A DNA stretch of 64,000 nt. Origin: the human T2T-CHM13v2.0 reference genome, Homo sapiens. How positions within the stretch are numbered: the stretch's first letter is position 1; each line of letters opens with the position of its first letter. The notes below the pieces were generated by a model. The model ran no database searches and was not told the origin of the DNA. It worked only from the letters and a program-made list of their open reading frames with translations. This document shows, one piece after another, positions 37,085-51,125 of this stretch. The stretch is from the NCBI RefSeq assembly GCF_009914755.1, contig NC_060938.1, one strand, 5' to 3'. The position numbers and the translations under genes are program-made.

Positions 37085-40000
37085 GTTTGATGGTGGTATA
37101 GTTGGGTTCTGTCAACTGGCTTTGTTTCTGGATAATTTCAGGGGGCCAATGCTCAGTTCACCACTTCCAAGCTGCATGTTCTAACCCTGGGTGACTGATA
37201 CCAGGCCCACGGCTTTGTTCTCTGGCCACTTGGGGTTAAGTGCCTGCTGTGCTGGAGGTCTTTTCAACCTGCTGAGGTCTTCCCAACCTTCTGGCAATCC
37301 CAATCTGATGGAGGATGCTGTAAAAAGCACTTATTTGGGGCAGTGTCAGCTGGGTCCACACACATGAGTGTGCATTAGGACAGCAAGGACTGAACATGTA
37401 CATGCATGCCAGTGGCAGTAATGTGGCAAAGTGTGTGTGTGTGTGTGTTTGTGCATGTGTGCATGTGTTTGTGCATGTGTGTGTGGACCGGTGGTGGGAT
37501 ACTGCACGTAGGCCTGCAGGAGCAAGGCAGTGGCATCTATATGTGTGCACTCATCCTGATGCTTTTAAAGATATTTAAAGAGAAAAATCTTGTAGATTTA
37601 TAGAAGAAAATCACATGGAACTATCATTTCCAGTCCCTTCATTTCTTTGTGTAGGTTTATATTTCTATAGGTTATGATGTACCTTTTGCATGAACACTTC
37701 CTTTAAAATTTCTTATAGTGCAAATCTGATGGTGATAAATTCTTTCAGATTTTATATTTCTGGAAAACTTTTTACTTTATTTTTATTTTAGGATATTTTT
37801 GCTGGATATAAAATTATAGATTGGTAGAATTTTTTTCTTTAATTTCAGTACCTTAAAAATTTAAAGTACTGACATTTCCTCCACTGTCTCTTTACTTGTA
37901 TTGTTTCCAACAGGAAATCTGCTGTCATGGTCATTCATGACTCTATCTTTCTTTGTGTAATATACCTACCTTCTTCCCCTACACTGGCACTTTAAAAATA
38001 TTCCATTACATCTGAGTCTTGAGCAATTTGGTTCTGATGCGTCTTAATACAGTTTTTATCATATTTCTTGTACTTGAGATTCATTGAGCTGTTTGGATCT
38101 ATGGGTTGATAGTTTTTCTCAAATTTGGAAATATTTCAGCCATTCTTTCTTCCAATATTTTTTCTCTTCCTCCCTTTTAGAAATTTCAATAACACATATA
38201 TTATGGCACTTGATGCTCTCTTACAGCTCATTGTTCATTTATACTTTGTTTAATCTGTGTTTTATTTTGAATATGTTCTATTACTATGTGTTCAAGTTCA
38301 TCAGCCTTTTTTTTTGCAATGGCTAATCTTCCATTAATCTCATGGAGTGTAATTTTATCTCATATATTATCATTTTTATCTACAAAAGTTTAATTCTGAT
38401 CTTTTTTATGGCTTTCATACTACCACTTGACTTTTTGGACATATATAATTGTTAAAATAACCATTTTAATATCATCTGCTAATTTGTGTCACATCTCTGT
38501 TGGTTTCTATTGAGTATTCTCTTCATTATGGGTTATGTTTTTCTTTTTTTTTTTTTTTGCATGCCTCATTTTGACTGGAAGTTGGTCATTGTGAATTATA
38601 CATTATTAGTTGTTGAATAATGAGAGCTTTCAGTCTGCCTGACATGAATAGGCACTATTTTTAGCCCTCTCTGGGTGCCTTGCATTGTTGCCTCTAATTT
38701 TGGGGTGTTTTCTTTCCTAGCCTCAGGTAGTTTACTCATACATATGTACTAACTAGAACTCTACTGAATAGCTAAGCATGGTAATGGTCAAATTTTCAAA
38801 TTCCTTGGTCCTTTCCAGGGGATTTAGAGGACTTTAAAACTATTTTCTGATATGGAATGATTACTGATACTTTAGATGATCAGGAAAAAGGCTCTGATGT
38901 CACTTCCTACCCCTTGTGTCACTTACATTCACTTATTTATATTGGGTGGAAAGATCTCTTTGAATAAAATAAATGTCTTAAACCTGATCACTAATGAATT
39001 TCAAGTGTATGCTCACATATCAAATAGACTGCTATAACTCTAATGAAGGCCTTTTCAGGAGAGAAAATAGGACCCTTGAGATAGATTTCATTATAAAGAA
39101 GAGTCAAATAGTGAGCCAGAAAAAGTGGGTTGAAGGGAGAAAGGCAGTAGTGATTCTGATATAGCTAGATGGCAGGTACCAGAAATCATTTAAATTCAGC
39201 CATACATGGGATGAGAAATGAGGCGGTGGTGGGGCATACCTGGGAGAAAATAGTTATACATATGTACAAGTTGAAAAAACTGAATTGAACTCAGAACACT
39301 CAGATATCTTTGTTGGAAACACATTGTAAAGAAATATAAAAGAGAGCTTCCAGACGGTCCCTCACCATATCATCTTTGCTCAGGTGAATGAGTGGACAGC
39401 TGTATTACAATAGCTCAGTAAGCAGCTTGATCAAGTAGCACTTTTTCATGTCAAATGGGCCTAAGAACTGCAAAGTGACCCAACAAGACTAGTGACAATG
39501 CTGGTGATGCCTTTGGCCACCATCTTGGTACAGTAGTGGGGAGCAGTGGTGACAGCAGCAGTGGTGCTAAAGTTTAAGGCAGTCTATCAGCTGAAAGCAG
39601 CAGCAAGACCAGACAGCTAGATGTGAGTGGCTGTGGGACTAACAGAGCCTAGGATGCAAAGTTTTACTAGCTGTAATAGTGAATAAAAGTTATTGATGGC
39701 CGCTACAAGGCTTTGTAGTTCTGTGGCCTAATTAAAGAGCTCACTCCCACCCCCACCTATACTCTAATCTGTTAAGTGTAATGCAGAACAAGGTTTCTTC
39801 TTCTCAGTTCTAAAGGCAATGATGAAGATTTCTGCAGGAATAGATTTAGGGGTAAAATTCCAGCCTTGAATGGCTCCATAATAGGACTGTGATGCCTGGG
39901 CTGCAGGATCACTACTAGGAAGTAGTTAAATTCAATGACCATCAACACAGATTTATGGATACATGTCAGAACTGTTGGAGATTCTCAGAAGTATTGGGGT

Positions 40001-40149
40001 AAGGAAGCTTTGTAAAAGATCCAAACCTCCTTCAGCAGCTAGGGGCACTGAAATTTGAATTCAGACATTAATGGCAGTACATCTATATTCACCGTAAAGT
40101 CCCCCAGCAAGCCTAATGGCAATGCTCAAGTATTGAGCTATATAGTTTA

Positions 40150-41870
<1,721 letters not shown>

Positions 41871-42103
41871 GAAAAGAAATGAATTTTGAGAGTCATGTAA
41901 TGGGGCTTGGCTTGAACCACTCTCGGCTCAAATAAGTGAGAAACTAAAGGGTGTACAATGGAACATATTGGGCTTGATAATAAAATTGTTTAAGCAAAAG
42001 AAAAGCCTGAAGGAATATGGGACTACATCTGTGAAGATGACAGGTAGCATATATAATAATTTGGGAATCTCAGATTTTTATGTTATAGCTAAAGCCAATG
42101 TGA

Positions 42104-42245
42104 TCCTATTGGGTACCATGTTCACTATCTGGGTGATGGGATCATTATAGAAGCCCAACTCAGCATCACACAGTATGCCCTTATAACAGACTGCACATGT
42201 ACTGCCTGAAGCTAAAATAAAAATAAAAATTTAAAAAAGAAAGAT
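42104..42245 (+). mobile_element. Short L1 3'-end fragment (L1PB/L1MA-like)
   Basis: cctattgggtaccatgttcactatctgggtgatggg...ctgcacatgtac...ctaaaataaaa plus A-rich tail. Confidence 0.85.
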
Positions 42246-42562
42246 AATAAAAGGTCTGGGGGCAAAAAGCTGGGGCATGCCTGCTTTTAGTCATGTATAT
42301 TACAGAAAGAGCTAGAAAAGTGGTCAGGATGAGTGGCAAGGACTCACTGGTTGAGTGAGAACAGGAAGAGGGAAGCATTCCCAATAAACACTTAATCTAA
42401 GTAAAGGCAGTGTGTTTGCTAAGCAGAGTAGTTTCAATTCGTTACTGGTTTCTCGGTGTGTCTTCTCCCCTGCCTTGGCCAGAATCTTCTAATACCTTCT
42501 TATACAGAAATTCTGTAGCCATCACTCTCTGGCTTCCACAATCCCCAAATAGTCAATTATAT

Positions 42563-42638
42563 TTTAGATGACACAAAATTGCAATTTCAGTAGGCCAAAA
42601 ATTATTGAACATTTGAAATTTTGTATGGTTCAACCTAA
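42563..42638. mobile_element. MADE2 mariner MITE
   Basis: ~80 bp; gtaggccaaaaa core and right terminal repeat aattttgtatggttcaacctaa followed by TA. Confidence 0.7.
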
Positions 42639-44364
42639 TACTACAGTGGTTTTCCAATGAAGACACGCACAGGAGATCCTTCAGGCAAGTAAACGTTTTT
42701 GGTTATCAAACCTCACTTGGGTCGTCTATGCTGAAAAACTGAGCTGAACTACTTGTAGATTCTAAGAACTTGTTTTTCATGAGAGAACAAAGCACTGCCC
42801 TAGCTTAAGTGTGTCTTTAACTGGCTCCATTTTTTGCTGTCCATTACACACTGTCCTATATTTCAAGACATCATGCTTCTTGTCTTGAGCTCTCAGGTGG
42901 TCAGGGTTCTAGTGGTATGTGTGGCAAATGAGGGATCCATACAGGTTGAGTGTAGTGTAGACTGGACCTGGACGAGCATCACTCCAGCTGGACCATCTCT
43001 GGGAAAATTATTGTTTGGAAAGAAAGGGAAATCTTCTCCAGATATAATAGAAAGAACTACCAGCCTAACACCTAAGTGCATGTGGGGGCTGGGTGATCTG
43101 CTCTGTTGACTTAGTTGGCTTAGATCCCAGACAACTTCTGAATGCTCAGACAATGACATTCAGGGAGCTGCAATGCTTCCTATAGATCATTCTGTGAAAC
43201 AGAATGTAACAGCCTGCCCATCTTCCAAGATGTACCATAAGAGCAGTTCCCCTCTCTCTCTTTTCCTTTTCTGAGCCAGATAGCACCTCTTTCTAGATTG
43301 ACAGGATAGCTTATCTTCTTTCTAATTTTGTAAGATATTTAGTCCAAGATATTTAGTAAGTACCCAGATACCTTCTTGTTTGTCTTCTCCATAACACTTC
43401 ACCATTCCTCAGGTTCTTTTGCAACAGATCTTGTTGAACCTTTATAACCAAAGTTAACCAAAAAATAAATTTCTTTCTCCTTGAAGGAAAGCATCACTTA
43501 ACTTTAAATTTAAACTTCTGCAGCAAAGGGAGGAAGGAAAAGTTAAATTTCCAATTCTGAACCATTTATAACCTGTCATAATAGGTTGTCTCTAAATGGT
43601 GGTATCATGTCTTCATAACTCTGTGAAAAAGAGTGGTTTGAGATGAGTTGTCTTGCACGCATGACAGCTGCATAGCTAGAAAAGTTTTTTTTATAAAGTC
43701 TTACTAAGCAAGGAACAAAAGGTTCCTTGCTTGTGGTAAGCTATGTTTATCATGTAAAGTTTGGAAAGATTCTGATCTGCTTATTGAAGGGATTTGTCAT
43801 TTTTTTGTTGTTGCTTCTTTTGTCTGATTGACCATTAGTTGATGTCTTCTGAAATAAATGGAAATTTTCAAAATTACAGTACTTAAAAAAATTGCTGGGT
43901 ATTTTTTACTGCAAAACTGACAAAATACAAGCCATTTTGTAAGTACTCATTCTCTAAAGAAATGTATGGGCCTGGGGATTTGGACTACAAGGGCTGACAG
44001 ACAATTTTTTTCCATCTACCACCCTGAATTTAAATATACCTACCATGATGTGTTTCCTTAGATGGAGGAGAGAAAAAGTGGCATTTTATTTCTGGCCAAT
44101 TATCTGAAAGAAAAGGCAGGATTTCTACAGAGGAAAATAATGTCTGCTTTGTACATTACGAAGAATGGAGATTTAAGCAGTTTAGCTATACTGCTTGTTG
44201 TCTTGGGGCAAAGGAAAGTAGATAGCTAAAGTTTTGTTGGAAAGGAAGGTGGCCCTTATATTTTTCTATTCCTTCTCTGACTCACTCATTCCTCTAAAAT
44301 GCACACATACATGCTACCAGGCCACTTGTATGTTTCTCTCAGCCAGGTGGGAGGATTCAGTGCC

Positions 44365-44748
44365 TGTTATGGAGTAAATATTTGTGTCTTCCCTAAATTT
44401 CATATGTTGAAATTTCATATGGGGATGTAGATTTCAACATCCCCAATTTGATAGTATTGTGAGGAGAGACCTTTGAGAGGTAATTAAGCTATCAGGGTGG
44501 AGACCTCACAAATGGGATTAATGCTCTTATAAGAGGCCAGAGAGCTAACTTGCACTTTTCCTATTATGTGAGGATATGATTAGAAGCTGGTTAGTCTGCA
44601 ACACAGAAGACAACTTTTACCAAGAACCCTACCGTGCTGGAACTCTAAACTCAGATGTTCGGCCTCCAGAACTCTTAGAAATAAATTTCTGTTGCTTATA
44701 AACCATCCAATCTATGGTAATTTGCTATAGCAACTTGAATTGACCTAG
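44365..44748 (+). mobile_element. MLT1A-like MaLR solo LTR
   Basis: tgttatggagtaaatatttgtgtc...aatgggattaatgctcttataaga...gcctccagaactcttagaaataaatttctgttg. Confidence 0.88.
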
Positions 44749-45225
44749 AGCCTTTTGTGGGAAGTCAGATATGCAGTGTTCATTACTATTAGCACAAGAA
44801 ATGGATTCTAATCCACCCAGAGTGATCCTGATGGTAGCTGGCTGACTTCAGAGCAACTGGTCGTTGGGCAAAGGTGACCATCTGAAACCACTCAGATGCT
44901 TGCATGATGCTTGCTGTCTTTCTATCTGCCCTTGTTAGTCATGGTATTCACACTCTGAGGTTTTTCCCAGATATTCTCTGTGTGACTGAAAGTTATGCAC
45001 CCTTTTTAAAATAACATTTCTGGTTTCTTCGTAGTCCTCAAATATTTCTTCCCTCAGGAGGAAGGGAGGAAAAGATGGAGTTGGAGACACCGAGGGAAGA
45101 CAATTGAAGAAGACATGTCCACACCTGAAACTTAACCAAGCTTAGTGTCATTACTAAAACATCAATTAAGTTTCATAGCTGAAACAGGCCATAGGAATCC
45201 AATAAACCATATATATTAAGGCCAT

Positions 45226-45602
45226 TGTATTAGTCTGCTTTCATACCACTATAAAGAACTGCCTAAGACTGAGTAATGTATAAAGGAAAGAGGTTTAATT
45301 GACTCACAGTTCGGCATGGCTGGGGAGGCCTCTGGAAACTTAGAGCCATGGCAGAAGGCAAAGGGGAACCAAGGCACCTTCTTCACAAGGCAGCAGGAAG
45401 GAGAAGTGCCAAGAGAAGGGGGAAGAGCCCCTTATAAAACCACCAGGTCTCATGAGAACTCACTCACTATCATCAGAACAGCATAGGGGAGACTGCTCCC
45501 ATGATTCGGTTACCTCCAACTGGTCTCTTCCTTGACGTGGGGATTATGGGAATTGCAATTCAAAATGAGATTTGGGTAGGGACACAAAGTCTAGCCATAT
45601 CA
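45226..45602 (-). mobile_element. THE1C/D solo LTR
   Basis: tgtattagtc...ccatatca termini; TSD gccat/gccaa. Confidence 0.92.
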
Positions 45603-45692
45603 GCCAACAAGGGGACAGATTTCCGAAATAGATTTTTTCTGGAGGTAGGGGAGATCTGTGATCAATCAATAACCCATTTCTCATAAGAAAAC

Positions 45693-45932
45693 TTTATTTT
45701 TTTTTTGAGATAGGGTCTCACTCTGCCACTTAGGCTGAAATGCAGTGGTGCACACACGGGCTCAGGTAATTCTCCCAACTCAGCCTCTGTAGTAGCTGGG
45801 AAAGCAGGTACATGCCACCATATTTTGTATTTTTTGTAGAGATAGGGTTTCACCATTTTGCCCAGGCTGGTCTCAAACTCCTGAACTCAAGCGATCTGCC
45901 TGGGATTACAAGCATGAACTCCTGTACCCAGC
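45693..45932 (-). mobile_element. AluJ with internal deletions
   Basis: gagatagggtctcactctg, ctcctgaactcaagcgatc; shortened arms. Confidence 0.85.
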
Positions 45933-46809
45933 AGTTTTTTTTTCTTTTTAATACAAGCAAGTGGCTTTTTTTTTTTTTTTTCTAACATTCACATATTCTC
46001 ATGGGAAGCTGAATTCCAAGTATTTAACAATTATCTTCTGAGTTTACAAATGGACCTTCCTGAAAATCAACTAAATAATCCTTTAGAAGCCAAAAAAAGG
46101 AGAGGGTAGCAAAATGTAACTTTTTGTTGTAAAAAGTAGCTTCTGCCAAATTAAATGAATCTGCACAACTGGAGGTATGACCCTACTTAGGGGAGATATA
46201 TTAGATTCATTCAGCTTGTGTCACAGCCATCAAGCAATAGCAACCTGGCAACATCTCTGCTGGTGCCTTACTTTGGCATACATCCTTCTGGAACCCCTAG
46301 AGGTCCTCTCTTCTCTATATGGACATTATTAATGTCAGAGCTAAACTTTAATCTTAAAATGAAGTGGACATTTCAGGTTGCTCATATAATCCTAATATTT
46401 ATGGCTTCTCTCCTGTCTTGAAATTTTCTCTTTTAAACAGAATGTGGTATTTCTGTGTGTGTATGTGTGTGTTGGAGAAGGGAGAGGCAATAGCTGGGGA
46501 AAGTAGTCCCTTTCTTTGTTTCAGGATGTTGGTAGTCACTGGTTATTTATCTCTGAATACTGTGGTTCATGAGGAAGATTTTTAAAATAAGAAAAAAAAA
46601 ATAGCACTTGAAGATGCTATAGAAAATTCCTAGTCTGCATAAAGCTGAACAAACCAAGGAAACCAGAGGTTAGGATTCTTGCCTAGTATCTTGCCTATTG
46701 TTCATTGCTGAGCCACTATGAAACAGCAGCCTGTTTTCTCCCAGAAATCTCAACGATTTTTTTTTAACTCTAGTATGCTACCTGAATAATGGTAAGAAAA
46801 ATGAGAGCT

Positions 46810-46995
46810 GGCTGCACTACTGTGGATTAAATGATCTCAGGCAAAACACTTAGCTTCTCTGAGCTTACATTTGCATCCATAAGATGGAAATCATAGCAAC
46901 TATCTTAATGATTTCTTGGCATTCTATCTTCATATTCTGTGAAGATGGAATGAGATGACGTGAGTGATGCTTTTTTGAAGAATTTATAATGCTTT
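46810..46995 (+). mobile_element. MIR
   Basis: ggcaaaacacttagcttctctgagcttacatttgcatccataagatgg. Confidence 0.65.
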
Positions 46996-47601
46996 GCAGA
47001 TATTAGAATCTCTTGCTTCAATGAAACCTTCTTGTTTTCTGTATTTTGGAAGTAGGGTGGTGTCTGTGCTTAAGCTTTTGAAACAGACTCTGACAATATT
47101 GTGTAAGAAACACCAAAGTTGTATGTTGGTTCTAATTCATACTCCAGAGTGTTTGTGTAGGGGTAAAAGTCTCAATCCAGCCTTGCTACAGTGTGAAGAT
47201 GGGCAATTACAATGGGGTGTGTCACTAAAAATAAAATTTTATCTAAAAATATAGAGTGAGGAAAACACAGGTCTCCATTTTTCTTGGCTAGATGAGGTGA
47301 GTGTTCTCCTGCCTGTGAGTTTTCTTAAAGCCATGTTTTTTAATGGCTATCCCTGCAGCAGCAGCCAGCTGTGACAGCAGACACCGACATGTTCCAGATG
47401 TGGAATGCTATGCAGAAGCACCAGAGGGCAAGTTTTACGCACCAGGGAAAGGGATGCAGTAAAATGATTTGAAAACATTTTAATTTATTCACCTTTACCT
47501 TGAGCATTCCAAAATGCAGGGTTCTCTACTTGCATATAGAGTCAAAATCCAGCAACAGACTATAACCCTCAAATTCTAAATCAATATGGCGATACGCAAT
47601 A

Positions 47602-48055
47602 CAATAGCTTCCCCACATCCCTGGGTGTACTTTTTGCAGTTTCTTTCAGCTACCACTGTCAATTGTGGTCCAAAGATAGGGGAGTACAGTAAAATAAGAT
47701 ATTTTAAGAGAGAGAAGGAGACCACGTTCACATAACTTTTATTACAGCACATTGTTATAATTGTTCTGTTTTATTATTTTTGTTGTTAATCACTTACTGT
47801 GCCTAATTTAATAATTAATTATTTTTTTTTTGAGACAGGGTCTCACTCTGTCACCCAGGCTAGAGTGCAGTGGTGTGATCTCGGCTCACTACAACCTCCA
47901 CCTCCCAGCTGTGCCTAATTTATAAATTAAATTTTATCATTTGTATGCATGTAAAGGAAAATGCATACTGTATATAGGGTTCAGTACTGTCTGTGGTTTT
48001 AGGCACTCACCAGGGGTCTTGGAACATATGCCCCGAGGATCAGGGAGAATTACTA
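47602..48055. mobile_element. MER44A (Tigger7 derivative) interrupted by an Alu fragment
   Basis: TA flanks; gagaccacgttcacataacttttattacag; ggggtcttggaacatatgccccgaggat. Confidence 0.88.
47811..47908 (-). mobile_element. Severely 5'-truncated Alu (3' ~80 nt plus tail)
   Basis: 14-bp TSD ctgtgcctaattta at 47797-47810 and 47909-47922. Confidence 0.92.
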
Positions 48056-49787
48056 TACAAGCAAAAGGAGGAGGAGAAGGGAATCTTTCCAGCAATCATC
48101 TTTTATACTTTTCACAGCAACTATCTCATACGAAAGTCTTGTGATATGTGCTATTTGTTTACATCTAAACAAGCAGTATGGCATTCCATCTATGAAATGC
48201 TTTAGTGAATTATAAACAAGGAAGGAATAGAAAGGCCAGTGGAGTTCTATTGTGGCCATCAGATAATATGTAAAATATTTGCATATATTGGCTCTATTAG
48301 AAAGTCTCAAATATGGAAGATTATTTGGAGGAGGTGAATACTATGTGTTATAAGAAAACATTCAGGAAAACAGTGGAGGGGGAAGCAATACCATTAAAAA
48401 GAAATAGAATCAGGAAAACAATATTACCGTGTTCTTCTTCCTAAATTTAGACTACCATAGCTGAATATGAACAGAAAACAGAAAAGATGGTATGCAGAAG
48501 GCAGGCGTTTGTCCTAATATCCTGGTGCATTCGATATAAGAAAGCACCAGCTACATGCCATAAGATCTAATTACCAAGAATTGCCTTTCATGCCCCACAG
48601 CAATCATTTTGATGACAGGCTTCTCTGCACTGTAAAACAAAATGGGGATTCTGTGCTGTATAAACTGCCTCAGCGCTTCCTTTCCTTCCTCTGCTATCGG
48701 CCTCCCCATCTCATTTATTTTCCACACATTAATGGTAGCAGTCACCTTGAGCTGGTGATGCAGAGTAATTTTCACAGAAACCTTGATCAGAAACCATAAA
48801 TCAGCCTGATGTGCTTTTATGGTCTAATAACATTCAGGTTGCTCCTACAGGCCTGTATGTAAAACTGCATTGCAGTGAATCCTTTGAGTATTTTTTCTTT
48901 TTCTCTCTGGCTGTGCTCTTACTCTCCTTCTCATGCACACTCTCTCTCTCCTTCCCTCTCTTCTCTTCTCACCATCTCTCTAGGCACATATGTATGCATG
49001 TTCACCTACATCACATGGATACAGTTCATTTTAACAAAACCACACTAAAATGGCATTATACATGCTCCCTCACGGTGGCAGGGTGTCACATTCTTTCAGG
49101 AGGATAAAATGATGCATTTGTTAGAGTCTCAGTGGTTTGTCGTAACAAATGAACTGTCTCTGACCAAAAACTAAAATGATATAACTGTTTTAGGCACCGT
49201 TGAGTCTGTCAAATGATTCAATTATTTTTCCTTGTTAGGACAATTGCATGCTGCATACATATTGGCCCTTTCCCTATTCCTCAGAGCTACACTGTGGCTT
49301 GGTTGACTTCAGGCTGAGTTGAATCTGACTCTGGCCTATGATCTGCAGCGCCACAGACCACCTGATGGTCTTGCACTCCCACTCTACTCCCTTGGAGAAT
49401 GAAGCAATATAGTATGGAAAGGGATTTAGTGGAGTGGCAGGAAGCAGATGGATGGCTTTGAGGTGAGGGGAGGAGTGAAGACTGGGTAAATGTGTCAGGG
49501 AAGCAGTGATGAGAGCAGTGGGGTTGGCAGCTTAGCAGAGACTGTTGAGATGAGGTGCTGAGCCTGTCACTGGGGACAGCAATGCTGGGGCTTGTGAGGA
49601 AGCCCTGGTGTCTAATTGTACTGGTGTAGGACTAGGGGTGGAATCAGCACATGTATCTGAGTTAACCATATTGATCATCCACCCCAGCCTGCCCCAACAA
49701 TCTAAACAGATCCATGCACATCAGCTCAAGAGCTAACAACAGAAAATGCAAAGCAGCTCAGGCCCAATCCATACCACGTTTACCTAC

Positions 49788-49899
49788 CTGTGACCCTGCC
49801 AGCTAGACATCCCCTAGGTGGATGCCCTGCCTGGAGCATGCAGCAACTTATATTTAGAATAAATACCTTGCATCCATGTTCTGTATAGAATAGAAGTAC
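49788..49899 (-). other. Candidate 112-nt exon
   Basis: Minus-strand acceptor gtgaccctgtcttctgttgcag| and donor cag|gtaggt in apparently unique sequence. Confidence 0.3.
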
Positions 49900-51090
49900 C
49901 TGCAACAGAAGACAGGGTCACTCCTGCATTGCTGTTTGGTAAATTAGTGCAAGAAATTAACAAAGATCATTTGACTCAATATTGGAGAATGTTTAGTTTG
50001 GCTTTGGAAGTGAGAAAAGCTGGTAACAATTTCTGATATTTCATGGTAGACCTACATAAATTCCAACATTCTTAACCGGTGCTTCATGAATATACCAAGG
50101 GAAAAAAGTACCCTGGGGCATTAATCAAACTTTCCAAGATACTACTCCTTGCTCAGTTAAAAGATACATGTCCAATTATTTATACATATATTTATTTTTT
50201 TGTCTACTAACATTGCTTGTGTGTGTGTGTACACACACTCATTTGGTGTAATAATATAGCAAGCATTTGTGAGGATACTCAAAAGGCCAATGTAAGGATA
50301 ATTGCAGAGCACGGATCTTGGCTTCATCTGTAGGGCTCTTTGTTTGCAACTGTAGATCATGATGTCTAACTCCCTCGCTCACATGCAAAGGTGCTCAGTC
50401 TCGGCAGCAGTAGCCACAGTCTCATTTGTTAGAATTCATTTCCTGTAGTTAGAAAGTTTTTTCATCACCAATATCTCAGGGAGCTTCTACCAGTCCTGTA
50501 CCCTGAATCTGCAGTAACAGCTCAGTGTTGAATTTTCAGAAATTGACAGGGAATTTCTCCTTTTGCGATAGCCTGGGCTTTTCAGTATTGCAGTAGCAAA
50601 GACTACATGTGAAAAGGAAATGGGGGTGAGCAAAATTCCTTTCTCTCCATAGTGTCCACTGCCCTTCGATTCACAGCCCAGCATTTGTTGTCTGTTTAGG
50701 AACTATTTCTAAACCCTCCTAGCTGGAGGCAATGTACACCAGACCAGTGGGATGGGAGCAATAAAGAAGAAATGCAGTAAAGAACAAATTCTTTTCAGAT
50801 TAGCTGATTGGCAGTTGTGAATAATGCAGCTCCAGCACTAAAGCAAGAAAGAGCAGCCTCAACCTTGGCACTCATTATTTAGCTGTAAGCCTTTTTTGCT
50901 AGGAACATTTTTCTCTTTCAAGTCTTAAACTAGGTTAACTCCTTATGATCCAGCTATTCGTCCAAAAAAGTGAACTCTAAAGACCCTTTGTTGAAACTTC
51001 CAAGTCCTGGATGTGAATTGATAGCAAGAAACCACGGCATCCTCAAGCAACTTTCTTACCTGCACTGAAATTATGACAGAAAAAACTTAC

Positions 51091-51125
51091 CCAGTGAGTT
51101 AAATAGCATGCGTTCTACATCAGAC
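51091..51125 (-). other. Candidate 35-nt exon (an alternative donor gives 66 nt, ending at 51060)
   Basis: Minus strand: cctgat (branch-like), T14, aatgcctgtcag| exon, then tgg|gtaagt; second donor cag|gtaaga 31 nt downstream. Confidence 0.4.

Larger units (their letters stand above)
32249..37561 (-). mobile_element. L1PA15/16-like element with a ~2.6-kb internal deletion and three nested insertions
   Basis: 3' end caacttttattttaggttcagggggtatatgtgc; ORF1 remnants at 35055-35457; TG-rich 5'UTR; TSD cttttaaagat at 32238-32248 and 37562-37572. Confidence 0.85.
30900..38770 (-). mobile_element. Ancient L1M (ORF2 5' end, spacer, ORF1) hosting nested insertions
   Basis: Collinear antisense L1M segments at 30900-31151, 31753-32248 and 37562-38770 that rejoin at TSDs. 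Confidence 0.75.

Noticed and set aside
38800-39800. Possible very old LTR or DNA-transposon relic
   Set aside because: I could not match termini or diagnostic motifs well enough to name it; needs a Dfam search.
50223-50238. 16-bp palindrome gtgtgtgtacacacac
   Set aside because: A common (GT)n/(AC)n junction; too short to imply function.
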